A DNA stretch of 64,000 nt, taken from positions 85,808,001 to 85,872,000 of the forward strand of contig OX597816.1 in assembly GCA_951406725.2 (NCBI GenBank), given 5' to 3'. Under the pieces are notes generated by a model. The model was given only the letters and a program-made list of their open reading frames with translations, was not told the DNA's origin and searched no databases. Made by a program: the position numbers and the translations under genes. Below, piece after piece: positions 1 through 13,231 of the stretch (the first letter of the stretch is position 1; each line of letters starts with the position of its first letter). This stretch comes from Octopus vulgaris. Lineage: Eukaryota.

Positions 1-271
1 AAAAAAGTTTTGTATTTTATTAAATTGGGAATATAATATATAATATAACTGCTCCTGATAATGTTCAAGAAAACAGAAATCTAGGTTTAGCAATTTCACT
101 GCTGCTGTCGGACAGTGTAAGTGCGCTACCGTTTGGCCTCTCTGCGGTTTAGTACATTATGTCTGTACGAAATGCTGTATCTGGAGGCATATCGCAGTTT
201 CATGATTTTCTGTATATCCACAAATATTGAACTAAATATCTAACTATAGCCATCGACGGGTTGTAGGAAGT

Positions 272-458
272 CTACTCCTTAATAACAAGCTTATGTATTC
301 TGTCGTATGGCGTATGACCTATGGCAAATGTCTTTTGTTTGCTTCGGGCCAAACAAAATCTTGTGAGTCGTCTTTGTAAACGAAAACTGAAAGAAGCCCG
401 TCGTATATATATATGTGTGTGTTTGTGTGTGTGTAAGTGTGTGTATAAGTAAATATAA

Positions 459-495
<37 letters not shown>

Positions 496-730
496 CATAC
501 ATATATGCATGTATATATTTATGTATGCAGGTATGCATGTATGTATGTATGTATGTATGTATGTGTGGGTGAATGTCCAACCCAGCCCAATTGATAACCG
601 GTGACTGATAGCATAAGTACCAGGTTAAAAAAAATATGTACTGTTGTCGATTCGTTCGACTAAATCTATTCAAAGTGGTGCTCCAGCATTGCCACAGTCT
701 GAATTATTGAAGCAAGTAAAAGACAAATGA
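272..730 (+). mobile_element. tRNA-derived SINE family A, degenerate copy with internal (TA)/(TG)/(TATG) microsatellite
   Basis: Matches other copies in the window: ...ggcaaatgtctt...gggccaaacaaaatcttgtgagt...aaactgaaagaagcccgtcgtatata, and the 3' block ataagtaccagg...gtcgattcgttcgactaaa...gtggtgctccagcat. Confidence 0.7.
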
Positions 731-859
731 AGGTAATACTGCTTCTGCCGTTAGTGTCGAACACATTTTTTGAAACAATTGTTAGTTCATTAAGCAACGT
801 ATTTTTAAAATTATCCAATCTTTTTACGTAATGATATTTGATTTACACAGCCAATAATT

Positions 860-1030
860 TTGACAGGAGGGGTGCAATCGATAACAACGCGCCCATTACT
901 TGACTGTTATTTTATCGATCATGAAACAATGAATGAAAGTGTTAACCTGGAGGGGATTTGAAAGCAGGAACTAAAGAGATTCAACAAAGAGATTTTTCCC
1001 CAAACTCTATCGATTGTGTCAGCTGCCTAC
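860..1030 (-). mobile_element. tRNA-derived SINE family B (Nin/Deu-like central domain), degenerate
   Basis: Diverged match to the ttttatcgaccccgaaaggatgaaaggcaaagtcgacctcggcggaatttgaac motif seen in many copies in this window. Confidence 0.5.
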
Positions 1031-1875
1031 CTAGTGTATTATTTTCATAATACTAGGTTCAAGCATTTAGACGAATTCCTGGTTGATAATACGAATTTAT
1101 GAGGTTATGGTGAATTTATTATATAATTTAATCGATAATATGATGCTTAGAGGTACGAAAACACTATATTCGGCATGAGAAAATATTTCTTTGTGACATA
1201 TAATTCTTTAATTTCAATTCCCTTCAAAGTAAGCATTTAAAAATAACTGTTTTAGGGCTATACTCTTGCCTTAAAATATCATTGAATAGATTAACGTTTT
1301 ACTATCTTCAATTCACGAACAATTTTCTAATCAATGGAACCTCGTTTTCCCTAAATATAAGTGCAAATCATCCCTGTCGTTCGTCTTTTTAAGAATTGAA
1401 TCCTCTATCGTTTTTATGTTTAAAACAAAAACATGTTTGCTGGCAATGTAAGGAAATGCCGCTTTGTTTCGTCGCCATTGTAAATATTCTCAGGGGAAAA
1501 TTTTTAACTAATTCTTAACCACACAATCTTAATTCAGACTTCTAGCAATTAATACAATCGATGCTTTCTTCGTCATGAGCGAATGTATTCACGTCATTCA
1601 CTCATCGTTTCCACATGTTAAATGAGTTCTCAATTAGTGTAAAGATCTCTTTATTCATAAGTTTTCTGAAATCTTTCTTTTCACACAATAGTGGATCACT
1701 ACATAAAGTATTGTTTTCACGAACATAGCCAAAGCAACTTTGCATGTGTGTGATTTTACCAAATCGCGTAACATACACCACATGTCAACATTAACAAGTG
1801 ATGGTTTTTCATTTCTAAGAATAGTTTTTGTGTTTGAAGAATACGTATAATATACGTACATGCATGCATCTACAT

Positions 1876-2680
1876 TCAGGCGTGGCTGTGTGGTAAGAAG
1901 CTTGCTTCTCAACCACATAGTCTTGGGTTCAGTCCCACAGCGTGGCACCTTGGGCGACTGTCTGCTACTATATGATCTCGTGAGGGCGCGTGGCTTAGTG
2001 GTTAGGGCATTCGGCTCATGATCGTAAGGTTGTGAGTTCGATTCCCGGCGACGCGTTGTGTCCTTGAGCAAGACACTTTATTTCACGTTGCTCCAGTCCA
2101 CTCAGCTGGCAAAAATGAGTTGTACTTGTATTTCAAAGGGTCAGCCTTGTCACTCTCTGTGTCACGCTGATTATTCCCGAGAACTACGTTAAGGGTACAT
2201 GTGTCTGTGGAATGCTCAGCCATTTGCACGTTAATTTCACGAGCAAGCTGTTCCGTTGATCGTATCAGCTGGGACCCTCGTCGTCGTAACCGGCGGAGTC
2301 TTTTTTATATGATCTCACAGTGACCAAAGCCTTGTGAGCGGATTTGGTTGACGTAAAATGGAAGTCCGTCGTATATATATGTGTTTGTGTGTTCGATTCT
2401 ATCTATCCATCAATATATATATGCATGTTATGCATATATATATATACATATCTCCTACAATAGCATCAGGCCGTCCAAATATTTGTGAGTGGATGTTGGT
2501 AGACGGAAACTGAAAGAAATTGTTGTATATATGTGTGTGTGCAGCACCACCGCTTGACAACTAATGTTGCTTTCTTTACGTCTCTGTAATCTAGTGGTTC
2601 GGCAAACAAGACCGATAGAATAAGTACTAGGATTAAAAGAACGCTACTGGTGTCGATTCATTCGACTAAATGTCTCCAAA
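1876..2680 (+). mobile_element. SINE family A copy interrupted by a nested SINE
   Basis: Head ggcgtggctgtgtggtaagaagcttgc...gggttcagtccc (A/B-box-like). Sequence resumes at 2317 with gaccaaagccttgtgag; 3' block gaccgatagaataagtactagg. Confidence 0.8.
1980..2305 (+). mobile_element. Full-length tRNA-derived SINE (family C) with 11-bp TSD
   Basis: A-box TGGCTTAGTGG, B-box GTTCGATTC, CORE-like tgtgtccttgagcaagacactt, T-run end. TSD TATATGATCTC at 1969-1979 and 2306-2316. Confidence 0.9.
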
Positions 2681-2716
2681 TGTCTTCAGTTCTTTCAATA
2701 TCCCCCACCAAACAAC

Positions 2717-2717
<1 letters not shown>

Positions 2718-2808
<91 letters not shown>
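2718..2808. repeat. (ATT)n microsatellite, 3' tail of the adjacent R4-type LINE
   Basis: Direct reading; abuts the LINE 3' end. Confidence 0.9.
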
Positions 2809-4232
2809 TATTGTCTTTGCACAGCTTCTAACGCTAGAGATGTACTAAGGTACCAGGTGTTCACTACCAGTGAACTAAGGTAACATCCCTTATTTTTCAA
2901 GCACCACCCAGAGTATTCGATCGGTTCCAAGCAGTGTTATTTTCTGCAAGTGCTCCACCCTTATTGCAGCCCCTATATATGCCATGTACCTTTCAAGATT
3001 TTTACTCACTGTTCCTAGGGCTGTGACTAGTAATATGCCATACGGTTTTACTATTTACTTAACAAATTATGCGCGTATCACTTTCTGATGTGTTGTCTAT
3101 TCTGTATTTGATGTAATTCGTTCTTAGTACTTGCTCTTGGGTTATAAATCAATTTTTAGTCATCCATAGCCATGCTTTTCTCTGTCTGTCTTATCTTCAG
3201 AATCCCTATGAAATTGTTCATGCATTATTTTCTTTATCCACCTATTTTCAGTTTCTTTCATTCTCAAGTGCTTTACAGTGCTTTATCTTTGCAATTCTCC
3301 ATCCTACACAAGCCTGACCACTAATAATAGTGGTTCTGTGATATTTTTAATAAATCATGCTATGTTTTTTTCTTCTGCTCTAATGCTGTGTTAGCATCCA
3401 ATCAGTCCTTTCCCTTCTATTTTGCTTGGTACATACAGTCTGTATGTGTCGCTTTTTGGGTGGAATATCCCATATCTAGTCAGCAATTTTCTTGCCTTTC
3501 TGTCTAAGCTGTTTAGTTCGTCTACTACCCATGCGATTAGATAGATTTGCTCTATATCTACAGAGTGAAACTGCCCAAGTTTTGATTGCTTCAGTCTTGT
3601 TCCATCCGTTTAATTTCGACTTAAGGATCAGTCTTAGTCTACGCAAGTACTTCACCTTAAATTTTTCTGTCATTTCTTTGTCCATCTATATATTCATTTT
3701 CAGTATCCCAAGTACTTATAGCCCGTCTCTTCTATCTGCTTCATAACCTCCCCAGATGTTATAGCTAGCCCGTCCATACATTTGATTTTGCCTCTCTTCA
3801 AGCCTAACACACTACACTTTTTCAGTTCGAAATCCATTCTGATATCAGCACTGAACGTATGCACCATATCAACGATGGAACTGACTTGGGATTCACTTTT
3901 ACCATACAGTTTGAGGTCATCCACGAATGACAAGTGGTTGACATACATACACAAGTCTGACCTTCTCACTTCCAATAATAGTGGTTCTGTTGTATTTTTT
4001 ACATATCATGGTATGTTGTTTTCTTCTGCTCTAATGCCGAGTTCGCATCCAATCAGTCCTCTTCCCCCTCTTTTTCTTGGTACATACAGTCTGTACGTGT
4101 CACTGTTTAGGTAGAGTATCCCATATATAGTCAGCAACTTTCTTGTTTTTCTGTCTAAGCTGTTTAGTTTGTCTACTGTCCATGCGATTAAATTTGAATA
4201 CATACCCAGTCTTTGCTTTCCTCAGAAACAGT
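2806..4232 (-). mobile_element. R4/Dong-type non-LTR retrotransposon 3' fragment (RT + REL), rearranged
   Basis: ORF pieces NHLSFVDDLKLY...KKC...KRGK...YKYLG; YLRRLRLILKSKLNG; LDRKTRKLLT...RLYVPRKRGGRGLI. The segment at ~3320-3550 is duplicated at ~3975-4200. Confidence 0.85.
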
Positions 4233-4249
4233 GTTAGCCATATGCACAC

Positions 4250-4293
<44 letters not shown>

Positions 4294-4361
4294 GTTATTA
4301 TTATTATTATTATTATTATTGATTAAGATGTTGCTGTTGTTTTTGTTGTTATCGTTGCTGT

Positions 4362-4406
<45 letters not shown>

Positions 4407-4475
4407 CGGCGACGACAACGACGATGATGAGGAGGAGGAGGGAGAGGAGGAGCAAGAGGGGGAGAGGAGGAGGAT
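4250..4475. repeat. Compound (ATT)n/(GTT)/(GAT)n/(GAG)n microsatellite
   Basis: Direct reading; explains the poly-I/N/M/H ORFs. Confidence 0.9.
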
Positions 4476-4924
4476 GGCGTTATTTTGACTCTCGGCCATG
4501 ATAGCATTGTTTCCGCAAAAATCTTCGATGTATTAGTTTTTGCAATCGATCCAATATAGAACGATTTGTATATTGTGACATTGGCAATATCTAACAATGC
4601 TCGCGTAATGGAAACACGTGTCATTGTTTCTATCATGGAATCCTGAATGAAAAATATGTCATGGTTCTACATTGTTATTGCCTTTCTAATACAGAGATTA
4701 ATTAGATTAATTAATTCCTTAATTACCATATGCAAAAACGCACCTGCACACCCATGTCTGTGTGTATGTATGTATATACATATGTATATATGTATATATT
4801 TTCATGTATATACATATAAAACTATAAATTTACGCATACACAGACAGACGCATATACATACGTATACACATACACATATGTATATATGTATAAAATACAC
4901 ATATGTATGTATGTCATTATTTCG

Positions 4925-5645
4925 TTACACATAAAGATTTCTTGCCGACAGAGAAAGAGTCGGTTTCTAACCTAGATCAAAGGCTCCTTCATTGGAATTT
5001 CAACATCAACGAGGTATTTTGTATCTATGTATACATGCAGGTTTGTATGTTTCGTTTTACGTATGTCTTCGCATGCATATACTTGCATATTTAGACAAAC
5101 TCATATAAACTTAAATGATAAACACCTGGACAGTCTTACATATTTTTACAGTTCCAGTGATCAATTGGATCTGTAGTCACCTTTCTGGTTTTGATAAGAC
5201 TAATTTCTCAAGATTGGTATTTAGGCAGTTTGTTCCATATACCAGTGCCCCAGTAATTACAGGTATAAACCTGAATTTGTAATCTGGATTGAGTAAGTGC
5301 AAATTTCGCAATAGTTCAGCGTAGGTATCCTCTTATTCACTGATCTTCAGTTTTATGTTAACATCCCCAGAGCAACTAATTTCCACAGCTGTACACAATT
5401 TCTCTTCTATATTCCAAATCACTATATCAGGTCTATTGTGCTTCTATTTTACTGGGAGTTTTAGCTGGAACATTCCACCAGTACTCCTTTTCATTATAAG
5501 TGGCTATGGCTTCTAATATACTGGGGGTTCTTATTTCTTTGTTACCCGTGTTATCCTTTCGACGGATTTTATTACATAGTGTTCTAGCTACAACATCAGA
5601 TCATATCGGTAGATTATACTGTGATGACATTTTAGGATACCTACT
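4925..5645 (-). mobile_element. 3' end of a second REL-endonuclease LINE family
   Basis: Minus-strand translation ...EYWWNVP...KHNRPDIVIWNIEEKLCTAVEISC...IPVITGAL (PD..E REL motif) with stops and frameshifts, followed by a 3' hairpin and (CATA)n tail. Confidence 0.8.
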
Positions 5646-6337
5646 TATGATATGGGTATATGAATGTATGCATGTACGTTCGTATGTACGTATGTACGTA
5701 TGTATGTATGTATGCACACAACAGTGACATGTGATTTGTTCATGATTTAGTAGATGTACCATAGTTATTTATGGAATTTCACAGATTTTTTACATTAATC
5801 TATATCCATAGATTTGTAACCTAATAAGTGTGTAAACATATTTTTCCCATGAATCATGTGTTGTCATGAGTATATGCTATGCTTATTATTCTATAGACTT
5901 AGAGAATGAGGCATATGTTTATGGGTTATTTGTCTACAACTTACTTTAGACTGACAATAAACCTCTTCAAAGAGGGATAGACATAACACTTGGTTTTCTT
6001 CAGAGATAAAAATAAACGAAACACATATCTATATCTAGTGTAGTATGGATACTAAAAGAGAGCTAGTGAACAACCCCATATTATATCGGGGACGTTGCAG
6101 CAGATCTACCCTCTGTATTATGGAAAAATTAAATATATCATAACATGGAGAATGAAAGATTTAAATATTTAGGAGGAAAATATCTCCTATCTTATGCACA
6201 ACAAACATTTGATACTTCGAAATTTCAAGCATGACCCTCGACTCTGCTAGCCCTCCAGTTCGTGTTAGTGTTTCGATATCAATTATTTGTGCGTTATGCT
6301 TTATAACATTTTAGAACATGTACACCGCTCAACTTAC

Positions 6338-6362
6338 CGCTCCATGGCCCGAGATTTGCATT
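6338..6362 (-). other. Candidate 25-nt microexon
   Basis: atttcacAG|aatgcaaatctcgggccatggagcg|GTAAGT; all three frames open; no homology recognised. Confidence 0.25.
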
Positions 6363-7098
6363 CTGTGAAATGCCATAAATAATTATCTGCATACTCTCCA
6401 ACATGAAAAAGAGAAGGTACGTTTCTGGTGCGTGTGTGAGTGTGTGTATGTGCGTGTGTATGTGAGTATGCGATGTTTGTGTGTCTGTGTGCATGCATAC
6501 ACTCTCATGTGTATGTATATTTATATGCGTGTGCTCGGGCATTCTCGCATGAGATAGTTAATGCATTACTTAATCAATGAAGAATGCAATTTCTTGCAAG
6601 ATATAGAGTTAATGTAAGGAATTAACAATTCAGATAAGCTTATAAGTCACCTCTTGTGATTTGTGTATTTATTTTGAAATCCCGTTGTGTCTCGTATGCA
6701 CTCTTGTAATATCATCCAAAACGGAAACTACTTCAGACACTTCCAAAAGGACACACATTAACAATCGTGAATTTCTCTTCACTTGAGACACTTGATTGTC
6801 CTTTAAACTAAAGTACATATATAAAGTTCGTATTTGTGTTTGGTTCGCAAGATTTTTTATGTGAATTTATGAAAAAAATGATATTGAACTTTGGGAGGGC
6901 CATTATTCCGTTAATAATAAACACATGCACTGTTTCGGTCCTTTATTGTTAGTTAGTTAGCAAATGGGTTAGTTACTCTGTTAATCAATTTATTGATTAG
7001 CTGTTTTTACTAGTTTTTCATTTTCGTATGTTAAATACTTTGGTCAAACAGTTTATCGTTCCAATGTTCAGTATTGTTAGTATTGTCATTTCTTTTTC

Positions 7099-7144
7099 TG
7101 TCAAATAATTATTTCATCGCATTGTTCCAATCTCTTCAGTGACA
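7099..7144 (-). ncRNA. Minimal type I hammerhead ribozyme motif in a pLTR-like repeat fragment
   Basis: TGTCA-CTGAAGA-G-ATTG(gaacaatg)CGAT-GAAA-TAATTA-TT^TGACA: 5-bp stem I, intact core, palindromic stem III (ATAATTAT), AUU cleavage triplet. Confidence 0.6.
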
Positions 7145-7234
7145 CGTCTGTCTACTTCCATATGTATGTATGTATATGTTTATATGTAGATAGACAGGCG
7201 GATAGATATATTGATATATAATGAGATATATATG

Positions 7235-7400
7235 TGCAGGAGTAGCTCTGTTGCTAGTAGTTTGCTTACCAACAAAAAGATTCCAGGTTCAGTCACACTG
7301 CGTGGCACCTTCGGCAAGTGTCTTCTACTACAAACTTGGGCCGACCAAAGCCTTGACAGTGAATTTGGTAGACAGAAACTGAAACAAGCCCGTCGTGAGT
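7235..7400 (+). mobile_element. SINE family A 5' part
   Basis: gcaggagtagctctgttgctagtagtttgcttacc...ggttcagtcacactgcgtggcacc...aaactgaaacaagcccgtcgt. Confidence 0.8.
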
Positions 7401-7401
7401 A

Positions 7402-7432
<31 letters not shown>

Positions 7433-7921
7433 TCACATATATATACATATGTGTGTACACCTATGCGTTTAGCTTATATAAAATCTAAAACAGCAAATTG
7501 ATATTTTTAAAATTGATAGTAATATATGTGTAATCAAGAAACAAGCACCAATGATTACATGTGCAGCTTCTGTTATTTCTATTATGACTCGTACTAGCAA
7601 TCTCTAGGTCACTTTCTAAAAGTGCAGCGGAATGTACAGTACTGTGCATTGTTGCACCAGCATTCTTTAGGTCGCTAATATAGCGATATTCAATTTAGCT
7701 TCGAGCAGTAAGATACTTTGAAACATTATACAAATAACGTTAATATTTTTCTGTTGGAGAATTTTTCTTTTAAAATATAGATTTTTGTGCTTGGCAAAAT
7801 ATACGCAAAGCAGATTTTAAAATTTCAGTCTTAACTCTGGGCCGTATAACCTGAAATCATCATATTTGAGTATAGATTAGTTTGTTAGTTTCTTTAGCTA
7901 AATGCTCTTTATTTTAATCAG

Positions 7922-8009
7922 CACAGATATTTGAAAAATGAAGACGCCATTAGACATTGAACTCAGTATAGAAACGAAGCACGCCAAATGCGTCAACGTA
8001 TTTCAAGAA
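7922..8009 (+). other. Candidate exon containing a possible start codon (MKTPLDIELSIETKHAKCVNVFQE)
   Basis: T-rich tract + cAG at 7920-7921; ATG at 7938 open for 24 codons to gaa|GTAAGT at 8010; lies in unique sequence; no recognised homology. Confidence 0.35.
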
Positions 8010-8823
8010 GTAAGTTTTCTTTTTATATCATCACACCTCTTTTGCCAATTACACAATGATTTATTACCAAATGCTGCGTATTCGCAAAGACAGGAATAAA
8101 AAAATTACCATAATTTTAACTCTGAAAATATACCTTTTAACGGACTTCTCAAGTTAAACCTCAATAAAAATGTCAAAAGTAAAACAGTGTATTTAATTAC
8201 TAAACTATAGCTTTAACACGTTTGTGTTTATATTTTTTCCCACAATGATGGTCCATTATTTATCTCATGGGATTTTCAACGGGTAATTTATATTGAATAC
8301 CTGTATATTGAATACCTGAATAATTATACAGAGGTTAAAAAAATAAATTTTCTCAGTTAAGACTTTATCAATCTTCAAGAGTCAGTGCTTGTATAATTAA
8401 TGAGAATGAAATAATATTAAGAAATCTCGTTTTCGAATAAAATACAGGGCAGCGCGAGATGAAATGGATTCCTCAAGAAATTGCTGGTCCTGGAATTGAA
8501 AGAACGATCTCGCGATACTAACCAGTGGGTTATAGGCCTTCTGGCCTCCACCAACCTCCACACAGATGCTCGCAAGCACGCGCACACACACATACATTTA
8601 TATATATGTATATATATAATTTAGCGTACACTATATAAAAATAGGAGCCACTCATATATTCTTGCCCTGAAGACACGTGGCTAAGCACGTTATAAATTCC
8701 ACTACGCCAAGTGTCTTCATAGGAAGAACCTGTTAGTAGCTCTTATCTATATGCAGTGCACATTAAATGACACACTAGATGTAGTAGATTTTTGTTGATC
8801 TTACTTTAACGCACCAGTAAACA

Positions 8824-8857
<34 letters not shown>

Positions 8858-10479
8858 CATTGTGTATGCATGTTTGTATATGTGTATGTTTGTGTGTCTA
8901 GAAAGAGATATTCAAGGGTGTGTGTAAATGGATATGTACTATTCTGGCCTACTGTAGTTGTTAAAGTCAGATTACATTACATAATCAGCTTTTACAGGAA
9001 CAAATATACTATTTTCCTGTCACTAGTCAAATGACCTTGTGCTATACGAAAAATATACACAAACGTTAATTCATACATTGTTTACTTATCTAAATGATGA
9101 AGTCTCTATGGGTAAAGTGTGTATATTTCTGTGAATTAATTTGCTATTGATATCAGGTAGGTGCCATGATATTGCAATAATTTCTGTTGGTGCCCAACAG
9201 AATATGTATTTCTATGCGTGATAATTTGAAATAAAATTTCGGGTGTACTAGTTCTTTAAACGGTACTAACACCGTTTAAAGAGAGTCGTGTAGTTAAATT
9301 AAAATTAGGTATTAGGAGAGAATAAGCAGTATTTCAAAAAATATAAGGGAGGCGCAGTTCTGCTATTTCAAATTTGAATTCGGTCATGCAAGAGTAGTAA
9401 CCATGAGGATTGGCTCATATTGGCATCATGTCTCTTAATTATCATTTTAGCTTCACATATATGAGAAACGTTTGTACTTGGCTTAAAAGGCCGAATACGA
9501 ACATAATACCTTTTTAATTGTTATATATATCAACGATCTAACCCATTATCCGATAGCAGTCCCAAACTCAATTTTCTGAAATTCTGGCAAGTTCTATGGT
9601 TTTTCAAAGGTAGATTAATATATCCCCCAGTACGATTTCATTAAGCCTGCATAGCAGCAACTAGCCAGAGATACAATTGACGGTTACCTGGAATGCGAAG
9701 TAGAGAATTTTCTTGACGTCATGTTTCCCGTAGTACGGTACACTTCATACTTCGATCAAGTCTCATATTATATTATATTATATTATATTATATTATATCA
9801 TATTATATTATATTATATTATATCAAATACAGTACACTTCATACGCCGATCCAGTCTCCGGTTTATATTACCCGAATAGCTGTCTAGTGGGTTTTACATT
9901 TTTGACTTGGATTGAAAGCTGACCTACGAATATAAGATATTTCAAATTTTAATTGATTTGTATTGTCAAAGTTATTTCATTAGTCTTATGTAACGAGAAT
10001 TTAAGGTCTATTAATTTTTAATTATTCAACTATCTCACTTTCATAGAGTTCTGAGAAAGAAATTTTAAGTTTAGACTCAAAATCATGTGAGTCGGAGCAC
10101 CCCAGGTTTTCATAGCGCAACTTGTGGTGTAGAATAATTGATGAGGTTATGAATTTAGAGTATATCAACTATAGTTCAATATAATGTTTGAACTCACGGC
10201 ATCATATCAACTTATTGCATTATTATTGCATAATAATCTTAACATATATTACTAGATACACGTGTGAAAGTCGTATATATCCAAGTCAGTAAATAATCTT
10301 TATTGAAGTCTAAATTCGGCATTTTGTGAGCTGAGATGTGCAATTAATTGGGCAAAATATATCTTTTGTTAGCGAAATGAACACTTCCTGATATTATAAT
10401 TGGAAGTGTAATAATTTGAAATTAAATATAGTAAATCTTTACGTAAACATTCTATATCTCTTTTCACTTAAAACGGTGC

Positions 10480-10650
10480 GCTGGAAAAATCGTTAACACG
10501 CCGGGAGGATTGCTTAGCAGCCTTTCTTCTGTCGCTACGTTCTGAGTTCAAATCCTCCGAGGTCGACTTAACTTTTCAACCTTTCAAGTTCGATAAAATA
10601 ACTATTAGCTGAGCATGATCGAAATTGCTGGCCCTGAGCAAAAATTTGAA
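10480..10650 (+). mobile_element. SINE family B, degenerate
   Basis: cgttaacacgccggg...gcttagc...ctgagttcaaatcctccgaggtcgact...ctttcaagttcgataaaata. Confidence 0.65.
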
Positions 10651-12424
10651 ATTAATATAGTAAAACAATTAAAATTGATTTGTAAAATCGATTTTTATTG
10701 TTTGACTTTGTAAGAGTTAATGAGGTTGATGAAAAAGAAGTGAAAGTAAAGTAGGTAAATGCACAGAACTCAATAATAAGAGGCATTAGTCTGTTACTCC
10801 TAGGTTTTTCGCACTCTGTATTGATTCGGTCAAGCCACTGCATTATCTCATGTCATGTTTTGTCGTTTACTGAAGTTTGTTTTATAATACAGACAAAAAT
10901 AACCTATACATTAGATAAAAAGAATACAATGATTTTAGTGCTCTCGCAAAAGATTTCAATTATCTGAATGCATAGTTATGCCAGTTAGATGTGGAATGGT
11001 CCATTATTACAAACAAAAGCAATATATCTTTTGAACACCAATACATACTACAGAATCATATAACCTTATAAGCAAAAAGGTTTCTTGTTGAAAGTGTAGA
11101 ATGCATCGTCTCTTTCATAATATTAAAACCAAAATCATTCCAAACAGAAATTTTGATGAAGGCAACAGTTGATTACATCGACCACAATACGTGACTGGAA
11201 TGTTTTAGAAGCCAGCCAGAGAGAATTAAGGGTAAAGTTGACCCCGGCGTTATTTTAACTGAGAACGTAAAAGTCTGGAAGAAATAAACCATAGCATATG
11301 TATGATTCATCCAATCCACCAAAAGTATCGTAAACTTAATAATACATACATACTTACTTAAATACAGAGTCAGACACATGCACCCACATACACGCAAACA
11401 CACGCGTACACATGCACATCCATGCACACATAAACACACATGCACACACACGCGCGTTTGTTGTGTGTGTGTGTGTGTGTGTTTATTCTGTCTGCGAAAA
11501 CTCACTGTTGTCACTACGAACGGATTCTGGTCTTATTCGAAATAAAATGAAAGTAGTCCAATTTTCCCTTGTTTGGGTCATTTTGCCTCATTAGATTTGT
11601 TACAAACACATAGATTTCAGCTTTTAAATTTTTTAATACAAAGACACCTATTTTAGGAAACGCTAAAACTGAAAAAATAAATACATAGTACTTGACTGGT
11701 TCAAATTCACCCAGAAACAAAATTCATAGTCGATTTCACTAACATTTCAACTCAAATCTTAAATTAACATTGCTAGATAACTATTACGTGGCATTAAGGC
11801 AAATGAAATTGTTGAAGAATCCAGTTGCCTAAGCGGACACTTGTATATTTGTCGATTGAATCCTTCATGTACGTTAAACAAAATTCGATCTAATTATATA
11901 AGGTAGGTGAATAATCCAAGAAAAGTTATTTCCTATGTGGAAATTACAAATGTTATTTAAGCATATGAGAAGTAAACATTGTGCAGGGAAGAATTTCATA
12001 GGTGAAATAATTGTAATACCTTATTGGAAACTCTGTTTTCGTTGAGGAATAGGTGAACATTTAGAATATAAAATGATTGAATCTAGTAGTTTCTAAGGAA
12101 ATATTGAAAGAAATTGAATTCTTTGTTCTACAGTTCATATGATCTGTGCCCGCGGGAATTTTCTTCGTTTCAGTCTTGTGACGATAATCAAATACAAAAG
12201 CATTCAATGCAGAAAATATTAGCACAGTTTTAAAAATTCCAGAATAAGAAGCTCATTCAAATTACAGCTGTCCTCCAGGTGTTGCTATTCACTGAGGTCT
12301 GTTTTTGCTGTTACTTTGCACCAATCTATTCCTGTTCAAAAGCATCAAAGACAAAAGAAATTTCAGCAGGCAATGCGTTCTCTATCTTCGAAACGTCGAC
12401 TACAGAGATATATAACTCACCGTA

Positions 12425-12601
12425 CAGTTCTATATTTAAACGATGAACAATAATGTACATTATTTATATTATTTACATTCACGGATATTTGTCCTCATCT
12501 TGTTTCTTAACACAACATATCAGCTGGTATACCCTCCAGCCTTCGTCAGGTGTCTTGCGGGAAATTTCGAACCTGGGTTCTCATTCCTAAGGTGTTTTCG
12601 A

Positions 12602-12642
<41 letters not shown>

Positions 12643-12865
12643 TCACTGCCTGGAATCGAACTCGGAATCTTGGGATTAGTAGCCCGTGATCTTAACCAAT
12701 ATGCCATATGCCCATGAACAATTATGGAGTGAATTTTTAGGATTTATAGGGTTTTATAAGACATAAAATTCCCTCCATAATTGCTAACGGGCATATGGCG
12801 TAGTGGTTAAGACCGCGGGCTACTAACCCAAGATTCCGAGTTCGTTTCCAGGTAGTGACCTGAAT
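12425..12865 (-). mobile_element. Foldback tRNA-headed element carrying a degenerate hammerhead (copy 1)
   Basis: Inverted tRNA-like arms at 12638-12737 and 12765-12863, then (TAA)n, then GACAC-CTGACGA-A-GGCTG..CAGCT-GATA-TGTT-GTGTT and an AT-rich tail; homologous to 41298-41655. Confidence 0.75.
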
Positions 12866-12871
12866 AATAAT

Positions 12872-12938
<67 letters not shown>

Positions 12939-13165
12939 TGCGTGTGTGTGTATGCGTGTGTGTATGTGTATATATAAACGTGCATACACAATAAGTCCGA
13001 ATATTAAATCTTGTAACTTTTGAAGCATGTTACATCACCCTATGAGGCTGTGTGATGCATCTAATGTCATTACATCGTTCCCCTAAGGAGCAGTGCAGAT
13101 GCAAGCCGAAGCGAGTGTTATGCTAAATAACGCTTCTAGTTCCACTCCGTCTTCTGTATCAAACA

Positions 13166-13231
<66 letters not shown>

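Noticed and set aside
1983-2055. tRNA genes (also ~12789-12860 and ~43690-43760)
   Set aside because: Acceptor stems are imperfect and the sequences run on into SINE bodies, two with TSDs; these are SINE heads, not tRNA genes.
4945-5001. Hammerhead-like string CCAATGA...GAAACCGACTC in the 3' UTR of a REL LINE (minus strand)
   Set aside because: The core has two mismatches, and the region is better explained as a simple 3' hairpin (GAAGGAG/CTCTTTC).
13034-13120. CCTATGA-GGCT...AGCC-GAAG hammerhead-like motif
   Set aside because: Three core mismatches, no clear cleavage triplet, and no second copy to build a consensus.
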